From Octopus bimaculoides (taxonomy: Eukaryota), in NCBI RefSeq assembly GCF_001194135.2, contig NC_068985.1, positions 99,929,226-99,989,358 of the forward strand: 60,133 bases of DNA, given 5' to 3'. A program made the position numbers and the translations under genes. The notes below the pieces were generated by a model, which worked only from the letters and a program-made list of their open reading frames with translations, searched no databases and was not told where the DNA came from. Positions 1-13,664 of this stretch are shown one piece after another (position 1 is the first letter of the stretch; each line of letters opens with the position of its first letter).

Positions 1-54
<54 letters not shown>
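1..54. repeat. (AT)n microsatellite
   Basis: Pure AT dinucleotide run read directly. Confidence 0.98.
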
Positions 55-388
55 GTGTATATATGTTACTCAATACATCTGTATGTGTTCGTGAACTCGA
101 AAATTCGCTTTACAATTTCGTATACAAAACCATAAGTCTGCCTGTCTAAGTTTGTTTATTAAATATTCAATATTTAATATTTAATATCTTAACTTTGATG
201 TGCTGGGAATTCTGGATCGATTATATTTATGACATTTTGGGAAAACTTTATCCATTGATTATTAATCTCTTTTTTTCCCCCTCGACATGAGAAGCAGTCG
301 GCTGAATAACATCTTTAACATCTACATTTCCCCGTCGTCTCTTGAATTTTCTACTACTTACGGAACATTCCAGTGTTGTGTCGCCTCA

Positions 389-489
389 CTAATTTCCATC
401 TTGATAGACATACTTATCTTCCTGCGCTTCGCGTATGTTTACATATCTATCAATATCATCAGATAGTGCGCATTCTCCGCTTACATAAT
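389..489 (-). CDS. Candidate terminal coding exon (x-YVSGECALSDDIDRYVNIREAQEDKYVYQDGN*)
   Basis: Acceptor atttttgatAG at 491-490, 32 open codons ending TAG TGA, and a strong CC|GTAAGT donor further down (GT at 361-360). The peptide loosely resembles a PAN/apple domain end. No homology search was possible. Confidence 0.3.
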
Positions 490-591
490 CTATCAAAAAT
501 ACATAATTCGTTGGCGATGTGCTGTTGTATATATATATGTGTGGGGGGGGGGTATTTATATACGTGCTAGAAATAGCCGCGTAGCGTAAAA

Positions 592-925
592 ATATATAGG
601 AGCACTCCGTCAGTTACCACGACGAGGATCCCCGCTGATACGATCAACGGAACAGCTTGCTCGTGAAATTAACGTGCAAGTGACTCAGCAATCCACAGAC
701 ATGTGTACCCCTAATGTAGTTCTCAGGGTAACTCAGCGTGACACATAGCGTGACAAAGCCGGCCTTTTGAAATACAGGTACTACTCATTTTTGCCAGCTG
801 AGTGGACTGGAGCAACGTGAAATAAAGTGTCTTGCTTAAGGACACAACGCGTCGCCAGGAATCGAACTCACGACCTTACGATCTTGAGCCGAATGCCCTA
901 ACCACTAAGTGACGCGCCTTCACAC
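592..925 (-). mobile_element. tRNA-derived SINE, family A (subtype A1), full length
   Basis: Minus strand shows an A-box-like CACTTAGTGGTTAGG (896-910), a B-box GAGTTCGATTCC (858-869) and a central GTGTCCTTAAGCAAGACAC motif. The 3' half matches copies at 17897, 35535 and 38145. A 9-bp TSD AGCGTAAAA lies at 583-591 and 926-934. Confidence 0.9.
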
Positions 926-989
926 AGCGTAAAATTTGCAGACCCATATTGGACTACGTGTTATATAGTTTTGAAGATCAATCGTACGA

Positions 990-1085
990 CGAACAGGGAG
1001 GATCGTTAGCTACTCCTGTCAAAATGCTTAACTGCATTTCTTCCATATCTAGATTCTAAGTTCAAATTCCATTGAGGTCAACTTC
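990..1085 (+). mobile_element. Degraded 5' fragment of SINE family B
   Basis: gatcgttagc...aaaatgcttaac...ctaagttcaaattcc...gaggtcaac aligns by eye to the head of the 6786 and 48592 copies. Confidence 0.55.
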
Positions 1086-1587
1086 TCCCGCGCATTTTTC
1101 GGTATTGACAAAATAATACCAGTGGCGTCTATGTAACTGATGAGTCACCTCGGAAACTAATATTTTGGTGTCCAATAGAAAGTAGACTTTCATTTTACAT
1201 TTTACGGTCTTTCTAGATATTTCTAAAATCATCCGCTGAACTGTATATATAAAACCAAAAAGGAAGGTCATCACATTAGTGACATTTACATAAGTCATCA
1301 AACGGGTGTTGGCCAAATTTCGAGTTATGATACTTATCATGCATATAAATATAAATTCATAACATAGGCGCGGGCGTAGATCTGGGATAAGTAGTTCGTT
1401 TACCAACCACATGTTTGCGTATTGAACCCCACTGCGTCACAGATCGTGCACAAGTCATCTATAGCCGTGAGGCGACTAAAGCATTCTGGTCGAATTTGGT
1501 AGACGGAGTGAGAAAGAGGCCCGCCTTTCTCTCTCTCTCTATATATATATATAATTGTGTGTATTTACGTATATATATTCTTTTAAC

Positions 1588-1820
1588 CTTTTATTTGTTT
1601 CAATCATTTGACTGCGGCCATGGTGGAGAATCGCGTTTAGTCGAACAAATCGACCACAGGACTTATTCTTCGTAAGACTAGTACTTATTCTATCAGGCCC
1701 TTTTGCCAAACTGCTAAGTTACCATTAAGTAAACACACCAACGTCGGTTGTCAAGCAATGGTGGAGGAAATACACACACACTCACACACCCCCCCCACAC
1801 ACACACACGCACACACATAA
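1588..1820 (-). mobile_element. SINE family C, 3' half plus its internal (TG)n tract
   Basis: The reverse complement matches 23600-23750 (cttgacaaccga...gtttac...cttagc...ataagtacta...aataagtcctg.ggtcga) and adjoins a (CA)n run at 1771-1820. Confidence 0.85.
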
Positions 1821-3594
1821 TATATGAAAAACACACATTTGAAAAATACGAGTGAAAAATACGTAAACACACAAGAGAATAGTACATGACTAAATACGAA
1901 GAGAAGATAACTCCTCATTAGTTATCGGACTGTTTGTTACTCTTACTTTATGCTTTTAACGACAATATAGTTAACTTCATAAGGCAGCAGCATCCAGAAA
2001 TTTTAAAAATAAAAAATTCATGGAGAGTGAACAAACAACGATTGAATGGACGAACAGAGTAAACAATCGACGAAGACAAACATTAAAGACAGTTAGGTCA
2101 AGACAAACTGTAATGAGTAACGCCTCAGAGAAATTGTTTCAAGGAAATAGAATAATAGAATAGAAGACAATAGTAAAATAGAATAATTAGAAGAGAAGGA
2201 AATGGTAGAAGCAAAGATCTCGAGAGCCGAGAATAATGACATCCAATTTGGTGCAGATGTAGTCCAGAAAAGAAAAGGGTCATAGAAATAGCCTGTAGTC
2301 ACGTGTGAGTAACAGTGTTAGAGGAGAAGGGGACAAGAGAAAGGATGAGTGAAAGAAACAAAAGAAGTGAGGAGAAAGAAGAAAGATGAACAAATAGTGG
2401 TGAATGGAAGAAACATAGATAGGGGAAGGAAAGAAAGTTATAGTGGAATAGAAAGAACGAAAGAAAACAGTGTGTAGTTGCAGAAATGGCGTCGATTATG
2501 AATATATAAAATGAAAAATACGCATTGTGCTCAGGACATCACCAACAAGTGAACAATACGATATATATATATATATATATAATGATACATGCACGTACAA
2601 TGCCAAACATATTTGGCATTTGCACACTTTAACTTAGGAAGCTGTTGGGAACTTTCGTCGATGGACTTTAGGACGTAAAAGATCAAATTAGAACAATCCG
2701 TTCTCAGGGAATTATCCAATGAACATGTAAGCTGAACTAACCAACGTTAGCTCTTCGCACACACTGACACACACACTCATTATGTTACTCAATCGTCATT
2801 GTTTCGCTCACTTTCCGATCTTCATATCTTGCTGTGTAGTGCTCTACCTTTTATTTTCTTTATTTATTCCCATCTTAAGACGTAAAATATTCATATATTA
2901 CCTTGATAAACCTGTTTAGACTCATACACAGCCCAAGGTACGGATTCTTTTTTTTTTCATTTTCCCGTACTTTCCTTCCATATCACACTACTTGTTCTCT
3001 TAACTTTTTCTACCACTCACACCTTCGACTTCATATTCTTCATCTTATTCGCTATCGATCTTTCTCATTCCAACTACCCTACATTCCCCCTTCTCCCACT
3101 CTCTCTCTCTCATTTATTCCCAATCTAAAATATCGCCTCAATTCCTCTGCAATTTTATCTAGCGTCATATGAATAAAATCGATCATAACAGATTTATTAA
3201 CTTATCTTTCTTAACACATTAATATATATCTCTTCAATAAATTATTCTCCTCACAGAAATTTTATATCTTTTTCTCGTATATGAACTTAAGCTCGCGATT
3301 CCTCATTACCTCACGCATTAATTCGACTCCTGTTTAATTGTAAACTACTGTTGCTAAAATCGCAAATCTCTAAATCTTTCCTAATTCTCTCTATATATTT
3401 TTATCTAACAGTCTTCATCTTTCATTTCTCTCCTTCACTCTCTCTAATAAATTGTCTTCATTTCGACACTCTAGCGTTCTGTATTTCTGTCCTCCATTCC
3501 TCGAAATGTTAATCACCTTTAAAGTAAAGTGATTTGCTCTGCTTTTATATTTGTCCCCACCCACTAACACACACGCTCATACACTTATATACAC

Positions 3595-3644
<50 letters not shown>

Positions 3645-6600
3645 NNNNNNNNNNNNNNNNNNNNNNNNNNNNNNNNNNNNNNNNNNNNNNNNNNNNNNNN
3701 NNNNNNNNNNNNNNNNNNNNNNNNNNNNNNNNNNNNNNNNNNNNNNNNNNNNNNNNNNNNNNNNNNNNNNNNNNNNNNNNNNNNNNNNNNNNNNNNNNNN
3801 NNNNNNNNNNNNNNNNNNNNNNNNNNNNNNNNNNNNNNNNNNNNNNNNNNNNNNNNNNNNNNNNNNNNNNNNNNNNNNNNNNNNNNNNNNNNNNNNNNNN
3901 NNNNNNNNNNNNNNNNNNNNNNNNNNNNNNNNNNNNNNNNNNNNNNNNNNNNNNNNNNNNNNNNNNNNNNNNNNNNNNNNNNNNNNNNNNNNNNNNNNNN
4001 NNNNNNNNNNNNNNNNNNNNNNNNNNNNNNNNNNNNNNNNNNNNNNNNNNNNNNNNNNNNNNNNNNNNNNNNATATATATGTACGTGTGTGTATATATGT
4101 ATGTATAACAGAAATCTTGTCTAAAAAGGAAGCATTCGTCTCTAATGCATTTTAAAATCTACTATTCGTATTCTCCAGCATTCTGTCTGAAAGAATTCGC
4201 AGTCCAAATTTATTTATTTATCTATTTATTTATTCATTCATTTATTTATTTAATCTTACACTCTATTTCGCATCTTTCAACATTATTCACAAACTCTCAA
4301 CCTTATCTCGCGTAAAGTTGCCAACACATACATCTGTTTCAAATCTCGTTCGCAGCTACTCTAAAGGCGTTATCATATGGAAGACACACATTTCATCTAT
4401 GAACAATTTCGTTGATCAACGACTACGTCTTATAGAAAGGCAATTAAGCCTATCTAATAATCAATACGCAAGGAAAAGGATAATTTCGAATTATTGCTTC
4501 TTCCGATGATCATAATTACATTAACAAACTTTCAGTTTGTTAATTAAAATAATGAATGTTTTAGTTGTTGCTTTATTTCTTTCTTTCCTTTTTAGCTTTT
4601 ATGTATTGGTCTTAATAATTGGCTGAATGAATCCGCTTTAAACTAATTACAGAAGTTCAAACTTTAATACGAAATGAACTGTTTCGTTTTGTTTTATACG
4701 TGTTATTTATTATTGTTGTTATTATTTTATTTTAGTTTCGTTTATTTTGTTTCTCTTCAGAAGATTCATCCGAATGATAGTCAAGAATATTCTTCTTCTT
4801 TGATTCTGCACCACTTGCTTATTTCCTCTTACTCATTGTGGTGGTCTTCTTTGAGGTGGTAGTTGTAGTATTAGTAGCAGCAGCTTCAGCAGTAACATTT
4901 GTTGGAGTAATAGCTGTAGTATTTACAGTGGTAGTCGCATCAAGCAACATCAGCAGACTTGGTAGTACATTATCAAAGAAGACGAAAACCATAACATATT
5001 TACATTATTAGTAATATTATTATTACCATTATTTTTATCATTTTAATTGTTATTATTGATATTATTATTCTGTCATAGTACTGATTGACATCAATGAAAG
5101 TAAACTATTATACAAAGAAAAAATGCAAAAAATTATGTATGATATGAACAGCCATCTGACATTCAGACAACTGCGGGGAGGCTGCTTGATCTAGTCAAAA
5201 CAGAACGTAATTAAGCTTTCAATAAGACATCCAAACGTTTGAAGTCTCAAAGTGAGAAAATGTTCAGTGCTCTTTATCAGTAAAGACGGATTGTTGTCTG
5301 CGTCTTCCGATGGTGTTTGGCCCTTTTATTCTTTATTGATGTTTGTGATTCCTAGGTTACACATTAACTAAATATTACCTCCTCGAATCCTTTATAAATA
5401 AACAAACCATTTTCGTTTTCTTTTAAATTTCAAATTATTTATTGATTTCTTACTTTGGGCCAAATTTTATAGATGATTTATAGACGGAGATTTTATCAAT
5501 TTGAGTGAAGCTAAACGTTAACAGAAAAATGTCGAATGTGTTCGGTGAAACTAGCACGCCTGCATATTCTCTCTACGTCGAGGCCGCTTATTTGTCTTGT
5601 CCATGAGGTAAATGAAATAAAATCGATCATTTAGTTATTTTTGTTTTGTTAATGCATTAAATGCGAGATTTACTATGATTCACAAGAAATAAAACGGTCG
5701 AGCACTATGGCATTTTGTAGGGTTTTTCAGATAGTTGCCTGATGGGAGGTGGGGAAGCTGATTCTTGAGATTCAGCAGTTAGGAAGAGAGTATCAAGATA
5801 TAGAGCAATACTCATCTCCTGGTTGAAAGAGGGTAAAAAGCGTCACGATTTATAGAACAGTTTTCTCCGCAATCTCTGCTTTTGGTCAATTTAATTTAAG
5901 TCTACTGAACATCTGGATGTACTATAAGTGCTTAGTCAACATGTCGCTCATTAAGATTTATACTAAATTAAGTGACAACGAAACGTACTTCTTAATCTAA
6001 TATCTTAATACCTTTATATAAGACGAATGTGATTTGTAAGTGAAATTAAATGGATACAATTTGGAATAGAAACAGATGACGAACCTACTGAACTAATAGT
6101 TCATCTGAATAATCCAGTTTCTTATACTTGGGGTAAAATTTATTTTTAAGATTAATTAATATAACGAAGACGATAGATATAATTTAGTCATTAATATGCA
6201 CAAGTGGATGCTTTAATATAAACAAGTCCGTTTTGCAGAGTCTCAAAGGGACAATAAATCAGAGCACAATATGTCATTTTCTGGTTAATTCAACACACAA
6301 CGTGAATAAACTTCAGTTAATTTAATCAATTTGATTCTTACCTTAGACAGAATTAATAAAATATTTATTATAATTATAATAATCAGATGTAACATATTAT
6401 ATCAATGATTTCCTCCTAGTTTTCGGAGTTGATATACGAAAACGGTATTAGTTGTCACAATGTATTCATAAAGAAAGATGCTTCAAGCTAAAACTTTAAT
6501 TCCCGTAATAAATAAGTCAATACAAATATCCACAACCGCTCCCAAATTTCAGATCCTATTTCGTAAAGAACATTTCATGTGGCTAATGAATCCCCAAACA

Positions 6601-6785
6601 TAATGTTTGTAGAAACGAAACGATTCTTCCCCAGGGACTACACTACACCAATAGTATTACTCCAATCAGGGAGACTTAGAGTACACATCCTCCTTGCAAT
6701 AATAGTGTCATATGTCCCTTGAAAATAATACGACAGCCTACAGAAAAGGATTATATTTAAGGCTTTGTTAGATAAATGAGGTTGA

Positions 6786-7020
6786 AAGGCGGCGGGCTGG
6801 CAGAACCGTTAGTGCGCCGGGTGAAATGCTTAAACGGTATTTCGTCTACCGTTACGTTCTGAGTTCAAATTTCGCCGAGGTCGACATTGCCTTTCATCCT
6901 TTCGGGGTCGATAAATTAGGTACCAGTTTCGCACTGGGGTCGATGAAATCGACTTAATCCATTTGTCTGTCCTTGTTTGTTCCCTCTATGTTTAGCCCCT
7001 TGTGGGCAATAAAGAAATAG
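6786..7020 (+). mobile_element. tRNA-derived SINE, family B (tail type 1), full length
   Basis: Colinear near-match to 48592-48825, with B-box GAGTTCAAATT. A 16-bp TSD AGATAAA(TG/CA)AGGTTGA lies at 6770-6785 and 7019-7034 (2 mismatches). Confidence 0.93.
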
Positions 7021-7103
7021 ATAAACAAGGTTGACAAACACCAAATTGGCTAATGTAATGGAAATAATCCTTTCTATCATAAGAACAAGGCTTAACATTT
7101 TAT

Positions 7104-7210
7104 GGGACCCCAGTTTTCGACTTCTACTTATTTTATCGACCCCCGAAAAGCAAAGTTGATCTCGGTGGAATTTTAACTGAGACCGTAAAGCATTTTTTCT
7201 CGGCGTGTTT
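7104..7210 (-). mobile_element. SINE family B fragment, degraded
   Basis: gaccccag...ttttatcgacccc...aaagttgatctcggtggaattttaactgagaccgta is the reverse complement of the family B core. Confidence 0.75.
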
Positions 7211-7332
7211 TCCTAGTCGGTAAAATAATTACCAGTTGATCGTTGGGAGTCAATGTAATCGATGAACACACACACCCAGAACATTCCGCACTTGTACGAA
7301 AATTTGAAAGTAATATGTATTTTAAAATTACG

Positions 7333-7500
7333 CAGGCGAGAGGGCAGTGTCGTTGCCAGATGAAATGCTTAGCCGCACTACTTCTGGCTTTACGTTCTGA
7401 TTTTAATTATGCATGGGATTTGCTTTGCTATTCCTCCCTTCAATCCTCGTAAAATAGGCACCAGCGAAAATCGTGTATCGATGTAGACGGCTAACCTCCT
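7333..7500 (+). mobile_element. SINE family B, old degraded copy
   Basis: caggcgag...tgaaatgcttagc...tttacgttctga...taaaataggcaccag...atcgatgta follows the family B motif order. Confidence 0.6.
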
Positions 7501-8291
7501 CTCCCAAAGTCTCTCTCTCTCTCTCTCTCTNNNNNNNNNNNNNNNNNNNNNNNNNNNNNNNNNNNNNNNNNNNNNNNNNNNNNNNNNNNNNNNNNNNNNN
7601 NNNNNNNNNNNNNNNNNNNNNNNNNNNNNNNNNNNNNNNNNNNNNNNNNNNNNNNNNNNNNNNNNNNNNNNNNNNNNNNNNNNNNNNNNNNNNNNNNNNN
7701 NNNNNNNNNNNNNNNNNNNNNNNNNNNNNNNNNNNNNNNNAATTTCCATATATATATATATATGTATGAACGTATACATGTATATATATATATACATATA
7801 TATTATTATTATTATTATTATTATTACGTATGTATTTAAATATATATATGTTCATGTGCGTGTGTGTGTGTGTGTGCCTGGCTATGTACATGTAATTGTC
7901 TTTACAAGAATATATATAGAAATTCGAAATAGATTTATTCATGAGTATAGAGACGTAGAGCGAATGAGAAATCTAAATATATTTATATAGTTTCCTGGAG
8001 GCCGTTGAAGCTTTCACTTCATATGCAATGCCGAGTAGTATTTGCAATAGGGTAATATGAAATTAAGAAAACCTTAAAATGATAACGAAACCATTTTTAT
8101 ATGGCAACAATAAACCGAATCGTCTCAAAACTATTTTTTTACGTATGTTTATAAATCATTTCGTAATAGACAGTTATCTATTTTAATTCTCGTTTATAAT
8201 TCCATCTGCTTGTTTTGTTTTTCCTACAAGTTGTCTTCTATATCTCGAAGCTGCAACACCATTTATAGTCAGCGACACAAAATTACGGTTG

Positions 8292-8329
<38 letters not shown>

Positions 8330-8494
8330 ACGAAAATATTTACATTACTAAGGAATCGTTTAAAAAGGAACTCTATGCTATTTGTATAGGATTATTTTGG
8401 CAACAGATTATGATATGAACGTTGTATTACCAGTAACTTAATTACATATGTATAACTTCCGTATTTACTTTAAATTTTCAATAATTTATAAATG

Positions 8495-8790
8495 CGGAGG
8501 TGTAGCGATATGATGAGAAGTTTGCTTCCAATCCATACAGTTCTGGGTTCAGTTTCAAGGGTAGCAAATTCGGCAAATGCTTTTTATTATTACCCCGTCC
8601 AATGTGTATATAAGTGCTTGTGCTTGTATCTCAACACCGTTGGTTTGTTCGTCCCGACGACCAAGTCAAAAGAGACCAATAATATAAGAGCCACGCTTTA
8701 TAAAATTAGTACTAGGGTGAATTCCCGGACTAGACTCCTTCAATGGGATGCCTAAGCAAGGCCATAATCTAATAAATGAAACCTAAAAGA
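8495..8790 (+). mobile_element. SINE family C, old near-full-length degraded copy
   Basis: Head (tttgcttccaatccatacagttctgggttcagt) and tail (caaaagagaccaataatataag...agtactagggt...aaatgaaacctaaaagaaaa) match family C in order. Confidence 0.65.
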
Positions 8791-10133
8791 AAACAGCAAT
8801 ACTCTTTTATGACCCTCTGCCAGAGATAATCATAATGTTTATGTTTAAATTATATAACAGTAAGGACCTAGACCGAACTAGTAAGAACCTAGACCGTCTT
8901 CTTCAAAATTTGTATTTTGTAGACCTTAGCTTAGTTTTTCAGAAGCGTCACTGTCTCATAGTCCGCCTCAGAACTTTTCAGCACACATTCGTACCTAGCT
9001 TTTGTTGTGCTACCACACTGATGTCTTCGTACGACTGAAGTGAATGGAAATACGATACACTGTATTCATCTTCCTCTTTAACTTAACAATAGCACAAGGG
9101 AGTAAGTATAATAATTTAATACCAAAAAAAGAAACAATAAATAAATAACGAAACACTAGATAATTGTGCTGTTAAAAATTACACTTCAAGTTGTGTGTCA
9201 TAATCCGTTTAGGCTGTGGTGAATCAATTATGTGGCATTTATAATTTGCCATTCTACAAGTACGCGTCTCCACTTTTGTTTACTTTATCTCAATTCCATT
9301 TGGACTCTTGTTACATGACCTTTCAAAGGAAATCAATGATATGAAAATCGATCGAATTTCTTATTTTCTTTCCTGAATGCTTACCATCAATGAAATCAAG
9401 GATTAGAAAACGAAGATTCCTTTAGAAATTCGATTTTTCTGGATATGTTACATGATTCTATAGTTTTCATATATAATCAAGTATTCACCTATTAACATTC
9501 TCATAAAAAATGAATCGCATTAGTGTGAGATAGTTATCCACACTTGCTAGTCGAAAATAAGCTTTAAAAATCGATGGGTCCTTTTTTATTCTGATCAGGT
9601 GAGCGGTTTCTATTATGCATTTAAGTGTGTGAGTTAACGAATATTAAATGCCGTCTTTAGAGATATTCCTCAATGATTGGGACGGAATATGTAGCAAAAT
9701 TAATTTAATAGCATATTTGCATGAGCAAATTTAATGTTATGCAAAGCTATGTATTCAGATATTGATTTGCGCTGCCAGTAGTACGTTCAATCCATACTGC
9801 TTTTTTTTCTTTTCGTTAAAACGTGTTCGAAGTTTTCATATTATTTCCGATTAACTAAATTTGCAAAAAAAGCGACAAACGCGAATATCTTCGAATGCTG
9901 TATTTAGTGTGATAATTTAAAGTATAATTTAGAGATGCAAAGTTTCAGATTCAAATTTTGCCAATTCTGTATGTGATAATGAACAAAGATACAGGTATAG
10001 AAGATAAGAAACACACACACACACACACACACATACACACGCACGCGTACACACGCTTACACATGCTCACAAACATACACACACACATGTATATTTCTAT
10101 ATATATAGATCAACACACTCACACACACACACC

Positions 10134-10172
<39 letters not shown>

Positions 10173-10175
10173 GTT

Positions 10176-10211
<36 letters not shown>

Positions 10212-11814
10212 NNNNNNNNNNNNNNNNNNNNNNNNNNNNNNNNNNNNNNNNNNNNNNNNNNNNNNNNNNNNNNNNNNNNNNNNNNNNNNNNNNNNNNNNN
10301 NNNNNNNNNNNNNNNNNNNNNNNNNNNNNNNNNNNNNNNNNNNNNNNNNNNNNNNNNNNNNNNNNNNNNNNNNNNNNNNNNNNNNNNNNNNNNNNNNNNN
10401 NNNNNNNNNNNNNNNNNNNNNNNNNNNNNNNNNNNNNNNNNNNNNNNNNNNNNNNNNNNNNNNNNNNNNNNNNNNNNNNNNNNNNNNNNNNNNNNNNNNN
10501 NNNNNNNNNTTATAGTATACATAATGGAATTATATGATAAAATGTAACGGTTGATTAACTGCAGAATAAACTTGATTGACTCCGTCTTTCAGTCTTTCAC
10601 TAAGCAGTTTTCTGTTTAGACAGAGTACACTTGTCTTCTCTTTCTTTCGTTTTAATTTCTATTTAGCTATTAAAGCTAAAGAAAGGCCTTAATGAAGACC
10701 AAATTATACAATGCGTCGTTTTTAAAGACAACTGTGCGGGTTTCGTGAGGAATCGTGTGTGCCATTTCTGAGACATTCTTTTTGTATTCAAAGTAGTCAT
10801 TAACTGAAACATAATAGTGTTTAGCTTAAAATATAATTTGACCTATGCTGGAAAGTTAAGCTTTCATTGCTGTATCCATTTCTATATTTTTATTGAAATA
10901 AAGGCGGGCACACATCAAAAACATGACGGTTGTCTTTGTTAATAACATAATAAATATAATTCCTGTGTTGTTTTAATAAAAGAATACATTTTGATCGAGC
11001 AAATGGCCATACTACTTGGTAAATTACGCTGTTTTCATATCTAATAAAACTAAATACAGTTATGAAATTGGAGAAAATGATATGGTTTTAATGTCGAAAT
11101 TTATTTGTGTAGAAAAAAAAACAATAATAACCAAGACATCAAAGTTAAATACTTGTTGTTGCGATGACAATATGATTTCTGCGGTTGATACAGTTTCAAT
11201 GACTACCTGTGAATGTTATCAACATAATAATTTAACATTTCAACATTTCGTTCACGATACATTTGTAGCTCCTATCGAAACTATCAGCAATATATCTATT
11301 TTCAGTTTCCTTCGATCAATTATCTAGTACTGTAATCTTTTTAGAAGTGGTTAAATTCTGTTATAACTGGATCGACATTTAGCGGTGGTGCCCGTGTGAT
11401 TCTATAGAGAACTCTTATCACAAAATCTTCTATACAAGTCTTACCTCTTACTTCCTCCCATTTCCTCTGTTCTCTTCAATGTGGTTTTTGTAATTACTGC
11501 GATTATTTTATTTTTCGAATCATTATACTTCACTTTTCTACACTTATTTTCCTCTCTAACTTTAATTTTAACGTAATCGTTCTATATTTGGCAGACCTCT
11601 CTTTCTCACTCATCGTGTCAGCTTCTCATCTGCAATAAATCCTCTCGTTTATCTTAAAAATCAAACTAAGCGCGTGGCTGTTCTCCAGCAGACGATTCAT
11701 TTAAAGTCTTCCTTTCAACTAATATATCTCTTCACTCAATGCATTCTCTCAATCCTTTATGGTTTCTAATATATGTTATATAAATAACTATCCATACCAC
11801 GTTTCAAAACCATA

Positions 11815-11828
11815 TATGTGTGTGTGCG

Positions 11829-11911
<83 letters not shown>

Positions 11912-11950
11912 GTGTGTGTGTGTATGTATGTATGTATGTATGCATATATG
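11815..11950. repeat. Compound (TG)n/(TA)n/(TATG)n microsatellite
   Basis: Read directly. Confidence 0.95.
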
Positions 11951-12181
11951 TAGGCATTTAGTTATGTAGGTAGTTGGGTATGTAGGTAAGAAAACAGTTC
12001 GGTATATTATCTCTACAACATATACACGCAGACGGATACGTGTATGTGTGTGTGTGTGTGTGTGAATGCATCTAATCTTTAACTTTCAAGTGAAATTAAT
12101 TAAATCGGCAAACCTTCGAAGTTTAAAATGAGGAGAGATCAAGGTATAAATAATTAAAGTGAGAGATAGAATAAACGGATG

Positions 12182-12237
12182 GAGACAACGAAAATAATAG
12201 GGAAAATAAGAGACAACGAAAATAATAGGGAAAATAA
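12182..12237 (+). repeat. Perfect 2 x 28 bp tandem duplication (GAGACAACGAAAATAATAGGGAAAATAA)
   Basis: Units at 12182-12209 and 12210-12237 are identical. Confidence 0.9.
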
Positions 12238-13627
12238 GTGGGATGAAAATTAAACCCGTAAGGGTTAACACAAGTAGCAGAGAGTTGGTAGGGTTAAAAG
12301 AAAAGCAAACTACAGAGATAAGTAAGGAAGGGTAATAATATTGAGCAGACATTTTCACGTCACCACACCCCCAGCTACCTCATTCTCTCAATCATACTGT
12401 ATCAGTTTTCAAAGCTTTAGAAATAAACTAAATATCGACATGAAATGAATACTTCATCGTAACTGTATCTTATGAGTTACTTCACATCAATAAGAAAGAT
12501 ATAATCTTAATTTTATTTTATCAAAAGTTAAGCAAAAGTGCTTAAACTCTTCTGGGAGATTATGAATATATGTATTCATGTATTTATGCAATTACGTATG
12601 TGTGTATGTATATAAGTGCGAATCCAAGTATATATGAGATGAAACATATTAAACCTCAAGCGGTGTATAACTAAAAGTTGCAAAAGTCTAGAACAGAGAT
12701 ATTCCTATGTCAGCAGCCAATTTATCAAGTCAGCAAAAAAAAAAGAAATTTATTTCTTGCAGTGTCCTCTAAAATGTATGATTTGTACAAGACATGTTTC
12801 TGCTATTCCCGTTGTGTATTAAGAAACTATTTTATCTGCGAGTAATAGAAAAATACAACATATCTCTGTATATGAGTATACAACAATCGTTTGTCTGGTG
12901 AAAACTTATATAATAAAATAATTTCAAAAATTTTATAATAAATTTTCTTTACAGTCCGATTTAATAGAAACATATATAAGATATAAAACATTTTACTGTA
13001 ACTTATATCTTAGTAAAGATTAAAATATATTTAGGTTGCCTTAATAACACTTGCACATAGATCTTGTTTTGAATCTTACAAAAAGGAAAAGTGGGCTATA
13101 AATAGAGCTATCTCAATAAACATGCCCGATATCCATTAACTGTTCGGTTAATTGATGTATCTGCATAGAACTTAAATAAAAATGTACTACCTTGTTCCAA
13201 GAGCACCAAAGTCTTTAGTCGTTATGATATGTATCTAAATCTTTCATTGCATTATCTTTTATCATATCTATCATATTTTCATATTACAGTTAGCTGAATA
13301 TGTTTTACACAAACTCTCGTGGACTGATATCATTTCTATTTCAACATTTCATTCTTTTCTCAGTGCCTGGTATTTTTTCGCAGCCAGTAAATCGTAACGT
13401 CATCCATTTTTCAATATTGTCTGGCTAAATGAGTAAATAATTTCAATTTAACTGCGTCAATCGAAATATCTACGCTCTTATTGGAAACAGAGATACGTAA
13501 AACGTTTGCACCAATATGCTTTGCATAATCTTCCCTCTCAATTATATAATATCTCATTTAGATAAACTAAAATTGCACTGCTCATGTACAATTAAATGTG
13601 CGGATATGTTTGTGCTTCATACATACA

Positions 13628-13664
<37 letters not shown>

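Noticed and set aside
858-912. tRNA gene interpretation of the A/B-box heads (also 6786, 23276, 48592)
   Set aside because: The heads continue into shared SINE bodies with TSDs, and no complete cloverleaf with an acceptor stem was seen.
1137-1165. CTGATGAGTCACCTCGGAAAC hammerhead-like string
   Set aside because: No stem II between the core boxes and no stem I.
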